A stretch of DNA of 63,078 nucleotides, filler included, from Choristocarpus tenellus KU-1152 (GCA_964200185.2; 11 parts of 11 records of this genome joined end to end with filler, not necessarily neighbours in it), one strand, 5' to 3'; positions 13,750 through 26,220 are shown, counted from the whole stretch's first letter. The notes: a model not told the origin generated them from the letters alone. Numbers and translations are program-made.

Positions 13750-14250
13750 CTAGCGCTGATGTCTCCTGCCAACATTCGTACCACGTGAAGCACGATCCCG
13801 AGTGCTCTCGCTTCCATCGATATCATCATTATCTCCACCATTGCCAGCACGTCCACCAGCAGTATGACTGCTATCTCTCAAATCCCTATGTCGTTCATGG
13901 CATGTTGCTGCCAAATTTCTCATCTTCCCACAGATATCACATTCATTGTGGTTGCTGGGACATTTATTACTGTAGTGTCCCATCTTGCCACAGGCGTAGC
14001 ATTTTATCCGCTCCAACCGCGGTGCCACATTCTGCCTCCTGGCTGTCAAAGCTGCTGTCGTCCTCCCCTGATGGACAGCTATCTTTGTTTTCAACTGGCG
14101 AAATCTGTTCGCAAGTCCTTGTTCTAACTCCATCCTAGTTAGAGTTGTTGCTCTCATCAGGAACGTTCTTTGCTCAAGCTTATATTAATCTGGTAGTCCA
14201 GGCAGAATAGTATTAACGTTGAGTTCTTCATCGCTGATGATTTGTCCCAA
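13750..14250 (-). pseudogene. Copia gag C-terminal remnant with zinc knuckles; N-terminal gag probably continues at ~15076-15700
   Basis: CYACGKMGHYSNKC and degenerate CDICGKMRNLAATC; upstream ILPGLPD*YK. Confidence 0.85.
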
Positions 14251-14251
14251 T

Positions 14252-15075
14252 ACGTCAAAGTATCGTAGAAGGTAGAGCCACGTCCGTTTGGGGACAAAAT
14301 TCAATGCTGCGATTTCGATGTAATTTTGGCTATTGTGTTTGTAAGGAAGTGTCAATATCCTTGTTCCAGAAACACTTTGTTAGGAATGAAGGGGCAAGAG
14401 ATCAAGAAACCCATGTACAAGGTACAGAGCGCAAGACAAAGACAGAAGCCACGGAGCTAATTCTGTAGCATTTTACAGGCTATTACAACAAGTACACTAC
14501 TACTTAGCGCTTAGAGCAGGTTAGGTTGAAGTAGAACAATAATCATACATAATGTATTGAATATATTTTTTTATGTTACTCTATTGTTTTGTATGACTGT
14601 TTGACTGGACGTACAACAATAATTATACATACAACATGTATCATACATTGTTGTGTAACATTATTTTTATTATTTTTGTTACGACTATTTGAACTGGACT
14701 TGAAATTTTGTGAGCTCTTGAATTACTTGCTCACCTGATCTTTGGATCAGCAATGCCCCGTCTTTATTTTTTGGTGCCTTACTCTTCTCTTCTTCTCTTT
14801 TCTCTGTTGCTGTTGTCTTGAAACACTTATCCTATCCTCACCGATAGAAGAACCATTACAAGGGTAATAACCGGGACACTGAGAACACCAACCAACAACT
14901 CTTGATTCCTCTTCGGGACTCGCTATCGCCAAGAGTTCAGACTATCTACGAGTTATATTTCAACACACCTTTCATATGGTGTTTCGGAGTAGGAAAACGT
15001 CATAAAAAAATGGGAAGCCAAGCTTTAAACGGACAAACAGGGGCAAAACTCGTACCCTCTAAGGTACTTTCACTC
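14252..15075 (-). mobile_element. MITE family A split by a solo LTR (halves 14252-14377 and 14966-15075)
   Basis: The two halves join into the family consensus. Confidence 0.9.
14378..14965. mobile_element. Solo LTR (588 bp) inserted in a MITE
   Basis: TGTT..AACA termini; 5-bp TSD CACTT/CACCT; no coding content; unrelated to the host Copia LTRs. Confidence 0.8.
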
Positions 15076-15781
15076 ATAGGCCCTTTACCCAGTCGACGGG
15101 CTTTTAGGATATATGGTTGGGGTTCCTCCCCAGGTCCAAGTTTGATGGACCGGAACTCTTCTTGGACCCGAAGTCTCTAATCCAAAGTACGAGGTTCGTA
15201 ATACTTGCACAATGCGTCCATGGCATTCTGCATCCCTTGTGCTCCATCACGATCTCCAGTGCCATTCCCGAACAACCATTGAGAACTGCCATCCTTCCCC
15301 TACTGTAAATGTCCCACTCATCCGTGCTCCGTCGACCTGCTCCTTCCTGCAGATGGTCCACCTCCCTGCTGAACGCACACGATGTTCTGGTCGTTGCTTT
15401 AAAAGCTCAACAACGAGTTTTCCGTGCAATCTACTCTTCGGTCTCACCGTTCCACTCGGGTACCTCCAATCAATACGTAGAATCCCTGCTCCTCTGCAAG
15501 GTTTGTGATTGCAACTGCTGTTCCTGTTGTTCCGGCCGCCCTACCACAGCTTGCTCTCGTTGCTGGGTAAAGCATTCGCAACGGCCAAGGCCACACGCTC
15601 CCCTAGCTGTGCCTCGACCCTTGCTTGAATAGCCGCCTTGATTTCTGCCGCCAATGTCTCAGTCACCCACTGAAGCCATGATATCTCTGACTCTTCCTTC
15701 TGCTGCCTCCTTAAGTCAAGTAGTACACGCACACCCTTTGGGTTTGTAGTGCACAATACATAAGATGGCTTTTTTAAAGCA

Positions 15782-16135
15782 TGTTCCCGCACTCCAAAAG
15801 AGGGTGGTGCTTTACCAAGAAGATACGTAAGTAGAATGTGCTTTATTAAGTTAACAGAGAAGAGTGAGACCTATCCACAAAGGGGGGGCAAGTTCCTAGT
15901 GTCCATGATCACGCTTTCACGATGGGATCGATGTATCACTGGTAGAAACCGAGTAGAACAATCACGGAAACATCCTGACTGAGCAGACTAAAGAAACATT
16001 TCCTAATGTTTCTTCAACATTACTTAATCTACCGTCTTACACACATGATCTTGTTACATGTACATAGTTAACTCTTCATGTGTACAATAAACATTTGGTG
16101 TGTAAAGTATTTCAAAGCATCTCCTCATGCGAACA
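15782..16135 (-). repeat. 5' LTR of the Copia element
   Basis: tgttccc..gcgaaca; homologous to 11944-12279 with substitutions and indels. Confidence 0.92.
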
Positions 16136-16867
16136 TCCACAACCCGTTGTAGAACTTCCTAGGGTGGGACACATCTACAGGGAACATCCCCTTTGTAATG
16201 TAGCGCTTATTCTGTGCCCGTGGGGGTTTGGGGGGGTATTCAGTGTGGTGCAGGTACACAGCTTGCCCGTCTTTGAGGATGTAAAATCACTTCTTGTCCC
16301 CATACACCTAGTCATACAGATCGTAAACTAGTACCTCACTTCCTCCCCTCCTGTGCACGTAGTTGATAATGAAACACACCCTTTTGACTTTCTGCTGGTC
16401 TGCGAGGATTGGCTTAATCCACCGCTTGGCCTTCTTCACCTTCTCACGCTTGCACAGATCCCACAATGAGGCAAGGGACTAACTAGCTTTGGTTGCCCAT
16501 ATGCGGAAGGATATGCGGTGTACTGATGGGACACCCCAAGCCTCGAGGATATTTGTTCAGCGGCCACATCACCCCTTGCAATGTGGTACAAGGTCCATGT
16601 ATTCACCCGGTGCAATCTGGCAATCATACTCCTTCAAATGGTGGAACACTGTGATTTCGGAAATTCGGAAGTCCTCCTTGATGGCCATGCTGTTCTTCAT
16701 CGGGGTGTTTGGGTCTGGACCCTGGACAGAATTCTGGACCGAAGAATTGGGACCGACGGGCAACGATGGGATGAACGAGCAAATTGAGCGACTGGGGGCC
16801 TTGGTCCTAGATATCCTAGTAAACACCCACTTTGACAGTTTCAGGAGTTTTTTGAACTCCGTCAAAT

Positions 16868-17125
16868 GAGTCAAAGTATATTAGAGGGTAGAGCCCCGTC
16901 CGATTGGGGGTCAAAATCCAATGTTGCAATTTGATGTACTCTTGGCTATGTTGTTTGTTAGGAAGTGTCAATATCCTTGTTCCGGACACACCTTCTCATA
17001 ACATAAACACTTTACCTACTCCAAAACATTTCTTAGTAGGAAAATGTCATCAAGAATAACGTGGGAAGCCAAGCCCCAAACGGACAAACAGGGCGAAACT
17101 CGCACCCTCTACGATACTTTCACTC
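16868..17125 (-). mobile_element. MITE family A in the 5' part of the mariner
   Basis: Both TIRs; TSD AAAT. Confidence 0.93.
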
Positions 17126-17526
17126 AAATGTGACTTGGTCAACATCGCACTGGTAATCCTCCACAGTCATGACAGCCCACGAAATCAAAATTTGCAAGCC
17201 TCCCAATCTATATGAGAACTAAACCTCGTCCAGAGGGTTTATCACGTGTGTCGTTCCTGGGTGAGAACAGACCTTGCAAATGTTGTGTTATATTTGATTT
17301 TCTATTTTATTTTAAGGTAGATTATGGCAAAACAAAACATGCCCTTGAGATTCAAACCTCTTTTTCTACAGAAACTGCCTTGATCTTTACCCCTGTTTAG
17401 GCAAGTACGAATATGAAAGCAAACTAGGAGGAAGAGACTCCCCAGAGTTCATAACATGATGTAAGGTCTATGGTACAAGATTAGGCGATTGGTTACTGCA
17501 ATTTACTTGAGGATATGGAAGTATGA

Positions 17527-17567
17527 GGCTCAAAGTATCTGGGGGGGGGGGGGGGGGGCGGCGCTCC
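17527..17567. mobile_element. MITE family B terminus at a contig end
   Basis: ggctcaaagtatct followed by poly-G. Confidence 0.8.
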
Positions 17568-17739
17568 NNNNNNNNNNNNNNNNNNNNNNNNNNNNNNNNN
17601 NNNNNNNNNNNTTAATTAATTAANNNNNNNNNNNNNNNNNNNNNNNNNNNNNNNNNNNNNNNNNNNNAGAAGAGTCCGTGTCCGCACGCGGGCGGAGGAG
17701 GTGGTGACGTGGGGGGGGGGCAGGCCGTGCCGGCGTCCG

Positions 17740-17840
17740 TTTTTGACCCTTTGGTGCAATGCTTAGTTTTACAAGAACAATGTCTCTTGTTCCACAACAG
17801 CTTCTGTACCATTCCAGCAAGATATCACATGACAAGGAGC
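17740..17840 (+). pseudogene. Short Gypsy protease-region remnant
   Basis: Nucleotide similarity to 24670-24760 (caagaac..ccattccagcaaga). Confidence 0.5.
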
Positions 17841-18625
17841 CTCATACAACAAGTGCACGATACAAGTACTACTACTTTGTGGTGTGTGGTGAGCGTGTAA
17901 CATGATTTTGATCCTGTACCCGTCTGTTTGCGTAAACAGTACATCAGACCAGCTGGTCATGAAATCATAGTACGTTGCACAACTGCTGATACCCCGTACC
18001 TTGATACTGCAAATGTAGTGGATCCAGTCATACATTCCACGCATGATATGGATCAATACAATGAACCCAAATGTCCTTGGATCGTATCACCACTGCTTGC
18101 ACTCTCAGTACTGGTGTGGGGAGGGAGCGTAGTATGGTGTAGCATTGCCTGCTAAAACCTTGTTGATGCTAGATATGTGCATAACTATATGCAGCAAATC
18201 GCCATAATTTCATAGCATTTACCAGTAGCACCTATGCTCGAAGGTTTGGATGCTTGAGGGTGTTTTCTGTCATTAGCATCAAATTTACAATATTATCAGT
18301 CAGTATTAGCAGTTGTGGTATTTCATGCTTTGCTATAATATTTGTCTAGGAACTATATATATTTAGGGGAGTACTCTGCTTGTCTAGTGTTCATTGCTCG
18401 TCCGTCACTTCTTCTTACTGTACCCCACAATGTACTTTACCTTGTGTCCCATTGATCAAAATAGCGCAACATCTACCCATGGGGATGACTGGACCCTACC
18501 ACCGATTTCTGCTGGTCAATTAGGGGACCATGCGGCACATTAAACTGGTGTAGAGGTGGTCAAAGTCTACTGCACATCTAAGTTCATTGCGAGGGTGGAA
18601 GTGTTGAATAACGCAGTAATTGAAG

Positions 18626-18893
18626 GGGTGAACGTATCTTAGAGGGTACGACTTTTGCTCTGTTTGTCCGTTCGGGGCTTGACTTCCCACAGGTTTTTTA
18701 ATGACATTTTCCTACTCCGAAATGTTTCGAGTAGGTAAAGTGTATGCGTTTTGGAGTAGGAATGAAAAGATGTGCCCGGAAAAAGGATATTGATATTTCC
18801 TAACAAACTTGATAGCCAAAATTACATCAAAATCGCAAAATTGGATTTTAGGTTCAAACGGACGCGCCTTTACCCTTTAAGATACTTTTACTC
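18626..18893 (+). mobile_element. MITE family A
   Basis: Full-length homology; TSD not recognisable. Confidence 0.9.
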
Positions 18894-19068
18894 AAACGTG
18901 TGCCAGGAGTGGCAGGTGGAAGTGTGTGGTGAATGTGCATAGGAGTGATGACTCGGACTTGTGAGAGTGCAGCAATCCATCAAATATTTGTGTCAAGGTG
19001 TTGCACAGGCAGTTAATTCCTATCGCATCCTTTGTCAGTAGCCCTGAAATTAAAAAGCAAACACTGTT

Positions 19069-19330
19069 GAGTGAAAGTATCTTAGAGGGTACGAGTTTTT
19101 CCCTGTTCGTCCATTTGGGGCTTGGCTTCCTATGTTTTTTTTTTATGACATTTCCTACTCTAAAAAAGATTTGGAGTAGTTAAAATGTATACGTTATGAA
19201 AAGGTGCATCCGGAAGAAGGATATTGGCACTTACTAACAAACACGATATAGCCAAAATTACATCCACATCGCAACATTGGATTTTGGCCCCCAAATGGAC
19301 GCGGCTGTTCCCTCTAAGGTACTTTGACTC
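19069..19330 (+). mobile_element. MITE family A
   Basis: Both TIRs; TSD TGTT. Confidence 0.94.
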
Positions 19331-19945
19331 TGTTCTTGCTGATGGTGTTTTGCTTTTCCTTAGCATCTGATATCCTGGGTTGAGGACAAAAATATCTGCT
19401 TCTAGAGGTGCATTGGAGATAATTGGTCTCCTGGGACTATGAAACATACACACCTATTCACTTTTGTGGTGGCTAGAACGTTGACCCATAAAGCAATAGA
19501 GAGGTAGGCAGGGTTATATTTTAAGGAGCCCAAGAAAGGGCATAAAGAAACCCTAAGGTACAATTGCAGAAAGAGGCGTTGCATAATTGTGGTGTTGATT
19601 TTTGTGTGGAAAGGGAATACCAAATCTGTACACACTATCATGCACACAGAGCAACGAAATAGAGCGTCCTGTACAGGGTAAGAAAGTTTAGAATTCGAAA
19701 AGGGTCCAAACTTGGCTACCTCTCAATTGGTTTGGCTCCATACCCTCTTGGAAACAAGGCAAACGACTGAACGGCAGTAGTACATGAGTACAACTTTGGG
19801 AGGATGGTGTAATCTTAGATGAAAATAGTGGTTACAAATGTAAACCAAGTGCAGAGCTCATTTTCATACATATTTTTGTTAGTATATCTTAGTACGTATG
19901 ATTTTGCTTAAACGTATATTTGCAATATCAAAACCGAATCTCCTG

Positions 19946-20017
19946 GGCTTCGTGGTATAATGGTTAGCATTCGCCCCTGTCACGGGCGAGATCCGGGTTC
20001 GATTCCCGGCGAGGTCG
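19946..20017 (+). tRNA. tRNA-Asp (GTC), intronless
   Basis: Acceptor stem GGCTTCG/CGAGGTC; A box TGGTATAATGG; anticodon arm CGCCC-CTGTCAC-GGGCG; T arm CCGGG-TTCGATT-CCCGG; discriminator G; T-run at ~20074. Confidence 0.95.
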
Positions 20018-21289
20018 GAGTCTTGGCTGACTTTGCTGGAGATAATGTTAGGTGGAAAGTTTGTAGTTCAACCTTTTTGAATCCAACTACACCATGTTTT
20101 TCAGTGGAGGCGAAGATAACAGAAATAATTATGGAGTAGGACTGGCAGTGGAGTAGAATTTTTTAAAAAATTAGGTGTTTTGAAAGGATCGTTTCCCCGG
20201 TTCTTGGGATGTGATGCACAGAGTTGATTACTGTCTTTCTCAAAAGGATGTTCTGGTACATAGAGTAAGAGGTGCGTGGAAGCACTCTTCGACCTTTAGA
20301 ATCGGGTAGTTTTCTAACCCCATTTCATGGTGATGTTGGTCTACCACAGCGTTTAAACCGATATTGTTCGCAAACAGGTGGAATGTGTTGGTGGTGGAAA
20401 TTGAATATAGATGAAGCCACCGGAACCATTTTGTTGCTTAGGAGGAGTTTAAGAACAAGTCGCGGAGTGTAAGGGTAGTCTGAGTCCTTGAGTGCTGTTG
20501 GGTTGTCTGTCACTCCTGAGATATGCTGTTTTTCAATGGATATTGCATAATCTGGCGAGTTCAAGGTTACATTTTGATCCCTTGACCAAGTGAAGGTTGG
20601 TCAAGGTCATGGGATAGGTTTGCATGTTGAACGGGGTAGTTGCGACAGGGCTGGACTGTGAGTTGACTCAAAGGATTTACTTTCAAGGATTGGACTAGGG
20701 TGAAATAATTTTTGCGGGACCAGACTGGGAGTTGACTTGGTGAGAATACTTTTTCAAGGGCTGTTTCAAGTTCACAAGAATTTGGGTAGGACTAAGCTGC
20801 CTGCCTAGTCAGGCAAGACATGGTTTGAGACAATCAGACCAGATCCTAATTTTAGCCAATCCAGGTGCTCGGTTGGTTGAGCCAGAACGACTGGTTTGCG
20901 CATGAGTCACGAGTTCTTACATTGTGAATAGAATATGTGGAACCAGCGTTTAAGGCGTAGTACGCACTCATGGTTAAAAGCGAAAAAATGTGGCATTAAC
21001 AAAATGTTGTGATTAAATATGGGGTATAAAACAAAAGATGTGCTACGTGTGTTTTGACTTCTGTATGCAATATGTAAGTACAATTAAAAAACATGTACGT
21101 ATATAAATTAAAAAACTGTATTTCCAAAATTTCTTGAGGGTGTGTTTGTGTACTTCATTGGAGCATTGTTTTTTCAGAATGAGACTTTACCACAATTAAC
21201 AAATTAAAACATCTACAGCAGACGACTGTTTGCCCAGGCACACTCTTCTGGTAGGCAGACTCGTCTATCCAGGATTCCTTTTTTAATTA

Positions 21290-21625
21290 CTTAGTTCCTC
21301 TGTCTTCTCCTCATACTTGGCCACTTCCCTGATGAGGTGGTTATTACGATGCAAAAACACCCCAAAAAGGTTGAGGACCGTGGGAGGGTAATGTGGAGCA
21401 AAAAGTCGCAGCTGAGAGGTCGAGATGCCTCCTGCCTGATAAGTTCTCTGGCCCTGAAGTGACATAGCAGCAGTAGTGCAGTACTTGACACTTGGAACAG
21501 TAGCAAGGTCCAGTTAAAAGCTGTAGAATAGCCCTCCGTACTCCTCCTTCAAGGAACCTTTGTGGTGTGCCTTCAACTTAGAGACAATGCTGTCCTTCAC
21601 CTTACTGTAGATGACCAGAAGCACT
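21290..21625 (-). pseudogene. Possible hAT-like transposase remnant
   Basis: LLVIYSKVKDSIVSKLK..GGLFYSF*LDLATV resembles the region around the first catalytic Asp of hAT transposases; judged by eye only. Confidence 0.35.
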
Positions 21626-21847
21626 CTTTTGATTCTACTCGTATGCATCAGAGACCGAATATACTAGGATGTGGATGAGAAAGCGCCCAAGTGTTTATCC
21701 TGTGGCCCTGTCCTATCTCCTGGGCAACATTTTACCGCCGTCATGATTGCTTACCATCGGTTGCGAGATGGTGTGGACAGCATACTTCCTGATGTATTGT
21801 GGGCACTATCTTGTTGTCAAACTGCCGTAAAGGCAAATAATGGGTAG

Positions 21848-22228
21848 TGTGGAAAGTAGGGTTGTCTATCATCACAACATTATTCCAGCATGTCGTACCA
21901 TTGTACCATTCGAGGTTCCTTGTCAGGAACTCTCAATTCCATTAGAGGATCCTTCGTGAGACTGAGTCTATGTAATCTCTTTAAGAGACTAGTCCCACAG
22001 GTGGTGGACTTTTCTTCATTCAGAAATATCAAGAGTCAAGGGTTTCCTTTGACGTCACGTCCTGTCACTCTAACGATACTTGTTCTCATAAGATCCTCCC
22101 CAATCTGCATTCTTGCTCTTGCCCAACCTTAACCTCTTCCTCTTGGTTATGGCTCATTTGATCTGTCAGGTCCATCTTGCCCGGTGATTCTCTCCCCTAC
22201 ACTTGCCTGAGTGAACCATGCTGGCACA
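21848..22228 (-). repeat. LTR-like dispersed repeat, homologous to 35319-35796
   Basis: TGTG..CACA ends; shares tggttcactcaggcaag..agagaatcacc and attcctgacaagga with the second copy; no TSD seen. Confidence 0.6.
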
Positions 22229-22511
22229 AAACCATACAATTAACATTGGCGACACCAGTGAGCTCAGATATAGGGTGGGGGCACAACTTCAACCACCGTG
22301 CCAACATGCTGAATGCCAAAGGCAGACAATACTTTCAGTAGAAAGTATTGTTGGCAAAAACTGATTATGGAGACGGTAATAAAGACTCATGACAATAGAG
22401 ACATTCTACCTTGGGTTCATCCACTAACAAACAGAAGAGCCCAGTTAGTCAAGTTCATCATCCAGTGCCTCCTTGTCATCCGTGGATGCTGAACCCATGG
22501 ATTGTACACAA

Positions 22512-22769
22512 GAGTGCAAGTATGTTAGAGGGTATGATTCTGCCCTTTTTGTCCATTTGGGGCTTGGCTTCCCACGTTTTTTTTTACAACGTTTTCCTAC
22601 TCCGAAATGTTTGGGAGTAGGTAAAATGTATACATTATGAAAATGTATATCCGGAACAAGGATATTGGGACTTCCTAACAAAAACAATAGCCAAAATTTC
22701 ATCAAAATCACCACATTGGATTTTGGCCCAAAAATGGACGCGGCTCTACCCTCTAAGGTACTTTGAATC
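22512..22769 (+). mobile_element. MITE family A
   Basis: Both TIRs; TSD ACAA. Confidence 0.93.
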
Positions 22770-23092
22770 ACAAGTATCTCCTTTATCCTTTCAGGTTGAT
22801 TGTAACGGCAGACTAAGCGCTTCCACCTCGGCCCTTGAACATCATGTCATCTCTGGTAGTCGTGACACCTGTCGGGTCCTATTCCAGGACACCTCACCTT
22901 ACTCACCATATTCTACAGGCGAAGAGATGGCCATGGCACAGGAGCAATTTGGGGATGCTATTCCTGGTTTTGTCATAAAGTCATCTCAACGCACGTACAA
23001 AAAACAACTCCGTGTCACCTCCATGGTTGCAGGACCTCCTCAAGTTGCAAGCTTGCCAACATGTCGACCCGGATCATGTTCCTCGCACTGAA

Positions 23093-23694
23093 GTGTCGAA
23101 GTATCTGGGGGGGGGGGGGTGGGGGCTGTCCATTCTGGGTCCATTTTTACAAGATGGGAAGAGGGGCGGGTAGGGAAGGAGTGNNNNNNNNNNGCCTCCG
23201 GAGGCCAGGATGGGTCAGGGGACGACGGGTCGGGGCTGTCCATTCTGGGTCCATTTTTACATGTCCCATTTTTTGGGTGATTTGGTTGCATGAGTCCGAT
23301 AGACAATGTAAGTACACTTTTCCTGGTGAGTGAAAGTGTCTTAGGGGGTACGATTTTTGCCCTGTTTGTCCATTTCGGGCTTGACTTCCCATATTTTTTT
23401 CATGACATTTTACCTACTCCGAAATATTTCGGAGTAGGTAAAATGTGTACGTAACGAAAAGGTGTGTCCAGAACGTGGATATTGACACTTCCTAACAAAC
23501 ACAACAGTCAAAATTATATCGAAATCGTAACATCGGAGTTTGACCCCCAAATGGACACGGCTCTACCCTCTAAGATACTTTAGTTCTGGTCAGGGCCCGA
23601 ATGGACACCCTGGTGTAGACCCTCACCCTCTGGTCAGGGCCCGAATGGACACCCTGGTGTAGACCCTCACCCCTCCCCCCAGATACTTTGAGCC
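23093..23694 (+). mobile_element. MITE family B containing a nested family A copy
   Basis: gtgtcgaagtatctggggg..cccccagatactttgagcc; flanks TGAA/TGAC; homologous to 40143-40320. Confidence 0.85.
23328..23586 (+). mobile_element. MITE family A nested in family B
   Basis: TSD TGGT; perfect 42-bp internal palindrome at 23405-23446. Confidence 0.93.
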
Positions 23695-24445
23695 TGACGC
23701 GATCCAGCTGCTGTGAGAGCATTAACGTTTACTTATGGAGGTGGACCACTACTGGACATAAGAATCAACTACAGCATGTTCTTCAGCCCGGTCGTCGGTG
23801 ATACCACCCATGCCAACTCAATGTATTTGTTCTGAGCCTTGGTCTCGTCGTCCACACCAGTGTGCTGAAAATCCTGCTATGAAAAGCCATTGTGTAGACC
23901 AGCATCGTAGCACTCCACAATATGAGATGTACCAGTGCCAGGGTTGCACCAGGCAACAAACCGTGAAGGTCATTCATTCACTCAACTCACTCGTTCCTTG
24001 ACAATCCTGAGGCTACTCATCAGCCACTCTTTTGTCAGAAGGGAAGGGGTAGTAGATAACAAGAGTGCGAGAATAGTAAGTGGATGACCACTACACTCCT
24101 TGTCCGTAGGGTTGACCAGATAGATTCGACTCCTGTACATTTGACAATGATCATGGTCTAGTTGACATTGTGACAGGAGTAGTAAACGTTGGAGGTTGAC
24201 ACCAGTCACACCATATGCTCCTCAGACATCATTTATTCCCTGTTCGTCCGTATCTAAGCATTTCTATTTGACACTAGTTCAGCCAAGGTCGTACAATAAT
24301 AATCAAACTTGATTAAACAATTCTTTGTGCAGATACACTTCTACACCAAACTTTATCCTTTTTATCACAAAAGGGTCCGTATATTGGGCACCATCAAAGC
24401 ACAAAGGGAAAATAACTTAACCACAGACACATCAAGTGATGTATC

Positions 24446-24760
24446 ATGTATTTCCGAGTTATGTTCGTAATCATCCTCAACTCAAAATGTTTTGATATGC
24501 ATCCTGTCCCACTTGGTGTAATAAATCTGCATACTACTAATGGTTCACCACTGCATATTTGTGGATTTATTCGTTTTGCACTTACACTTGGTGACACCAC
24601 ATTGCCTGTACAAGCTTTGGTGAATCCTCAACTTGGTCCCAATTTTTTTTTTTTTTATAATAGTGTTATACAGGCATTCGGTGTAATCGTTGATGGGCAA
24701 GAACGTCTCTCATTCCGCAACAGCTCATGCGCCATTCCAGCAAGACATCATATGATGAAC
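24446..24760 (+). pseudogene. Ty3/Gypsy aspartic protease (retropepsin) remnant
   Basis: LHTTNGSPLHICGFIRFALTLGDTTLPVQALV..QLGP..NSVIQAFGVIVD fits the retropepsin flap and C-terminal pattern. Confidence 0.7.
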
Positions 24761-25070
24761 CCTGCACAAGTAATTGCTACAAGTGTTACTTTCTTTGTGC
24801 TCTACGGAAGGTGCACAGCAATATTTCGTCCCTTTACTCGTCCGTGGGATAAACAGTACTTCCTCCTTTCGGAATTAAATGCAACATAAATTTTGCAGCC
24901 CCAATGAAGAAGCAAGATTTTTTTTCACATGTTCATATATTATGGGTGTATTGTACAGACACTCGGTTGCCCACCAAAATCTCAAGCAGAATGGGGCAGC
25001 CTATACCTATCTATGATTCCACCCCCGAAGCACTCCAAAACTCCATTCCAGCACAGTATTTTGCTGCATC

Positions 25071-25330
25071 GAGTGAAAGTATCTTAAAGGATACAAGTTT
25101 TGCCCTGTTTGTCCACTTGGGGCTTGGCTTCCCATGGGTTTTTTTACGACGTTTTACTACTCCCAAATATTTCGGAGTAGGTAAAATGTGTATGTTATGA
25201 AAGGTATGTCCGGAACAAGGATGTTAACACTTCCTGACAAACACGATAGCCAAAATTACATCAAAATGTCAACATTGGATTGTGGCCCCCAAATGGGCGC
25301 GGCTCTACCCTCTAAAATATACTTTGGCTC
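25071..25330 (+). mobile_element. MITE family A
   Basis: Both TIRs; ATC duplicated. Confidence 0.93.
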
Positions 25331-25591
25331 ATCACTGGTGTTTTCGGGTGTTAAAATATAAGCTACTCATCTGTTTGTTCCTTGATACGATACAGTTCCA
25401 CCAGTCAACACTGACTGTTGNNNNNNNNNNNNNNNNNNNNNNNNNNNNNNNNNNNNNNNNNNNNTTAATTAATTAANNNNNNNNNNNNNNNNNNNNNNNN
25501 NNNNNNNNNNNNNNNNNNNNTTTTAAGAACCCGCGCCCCCCCGACACTCCCCCCCTTCCCCCCCCGCCCCCCCTTCCTTCCCTTGGTTATA

Positions 25592-25621
25592 CCCCCCCCC
25601 CCCCCCCAGATACTTTAGGTC
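25592..25621. mobile_element. MITE family B terminus near a contig start
   Basis: poly-C followed by agatactttaggtc. Confidence 0.7.
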
Positions 25622-26220
25622 CTAGAGATAGATAAAAAAGCAAGAAGAGTGTATACCTGAGCAATCCTTCCCCATCCACCCAACCCCATTATTGCTCATC
25701 TACGGGAGGGAATCAAGGAAGATAATATTACTTCGAAGTAGTAAGGAATCACGATGTCGCGGGGTGCCAACTTCTTCTCAAATCAAGTATGTAAGGATGA
25801 ATATTAGTTGACTTGATTATGATTAAGTGGCTAAAGGAGGAATTGGATAAGTAATTAATTAGTAGGATCCGTGAGGAAGTTACAATGTATAAAGAGGCGC
25901 GATCCCCATTGATTGACCCAATGCTTTGAGGTGGTGGTGATTGTCGCCAATTCTGGTTCGCACTGTGTTGGGTTCAATTTTTTTTCAAGTTTCGTTTCGC
26001 AATTGATAGGTAATGAAATACTGACGATCTTAAAGTACACACACATCTATTTTGTGGAATGAGAAGTGAGCAATCAGTGGTGGTGGTGTGTACTCCTTTT
26101 TGCGGGTGTAATACATCAACTGCGAGATTTGGAACTGTAGTATTGATGGAGTCCGACATTCGCAGGAAACCTTGAGAGAATAGGTCTATTTCCTGAACGA
26201 GTTGAATGACCCTGAAGATA

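Larger units (their letters stand above)
11944..16135 (-). mobile_element. Ty1/Copia LTR retrotransposon, internally deleted and non-autonomous
   Basis: Paired TG..CA LTRs, perfect 5-bp TSD TCCAC (11939-11943 / 16136-16140), PPT next to the 3' LTR, gag zinc knuckle and RT/RNase H remnants. Confidence 0.93.
11280..17170 (-). pseudogene. Tc1/mariner (plant-mariner-like DDxD) transposase pseudogene, split by two MITEs and a Copia element. Pieces ~17170-17126, 16867-16136, 11943-11912, 11655-11280
   Basis: Reconstructed motifs in correct order: KG*CGR, KRWIKPIL, LYD*VYGDKK*FY, QNKRYITKGMF..SHPR, GLWIDGK-GIWPIAE, RRYSKHRPKGT, FVQRDGAKPH, QPANSPNLNVNNMGFF; contains stops and frameshifts. Confidence 0.88.

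Noticed and set aside
17527-17567. TIR-like sequence as the end of the mariner element
   Set aside because: It points away from the transposase, lacks a TA TSD and matches MITE family B.
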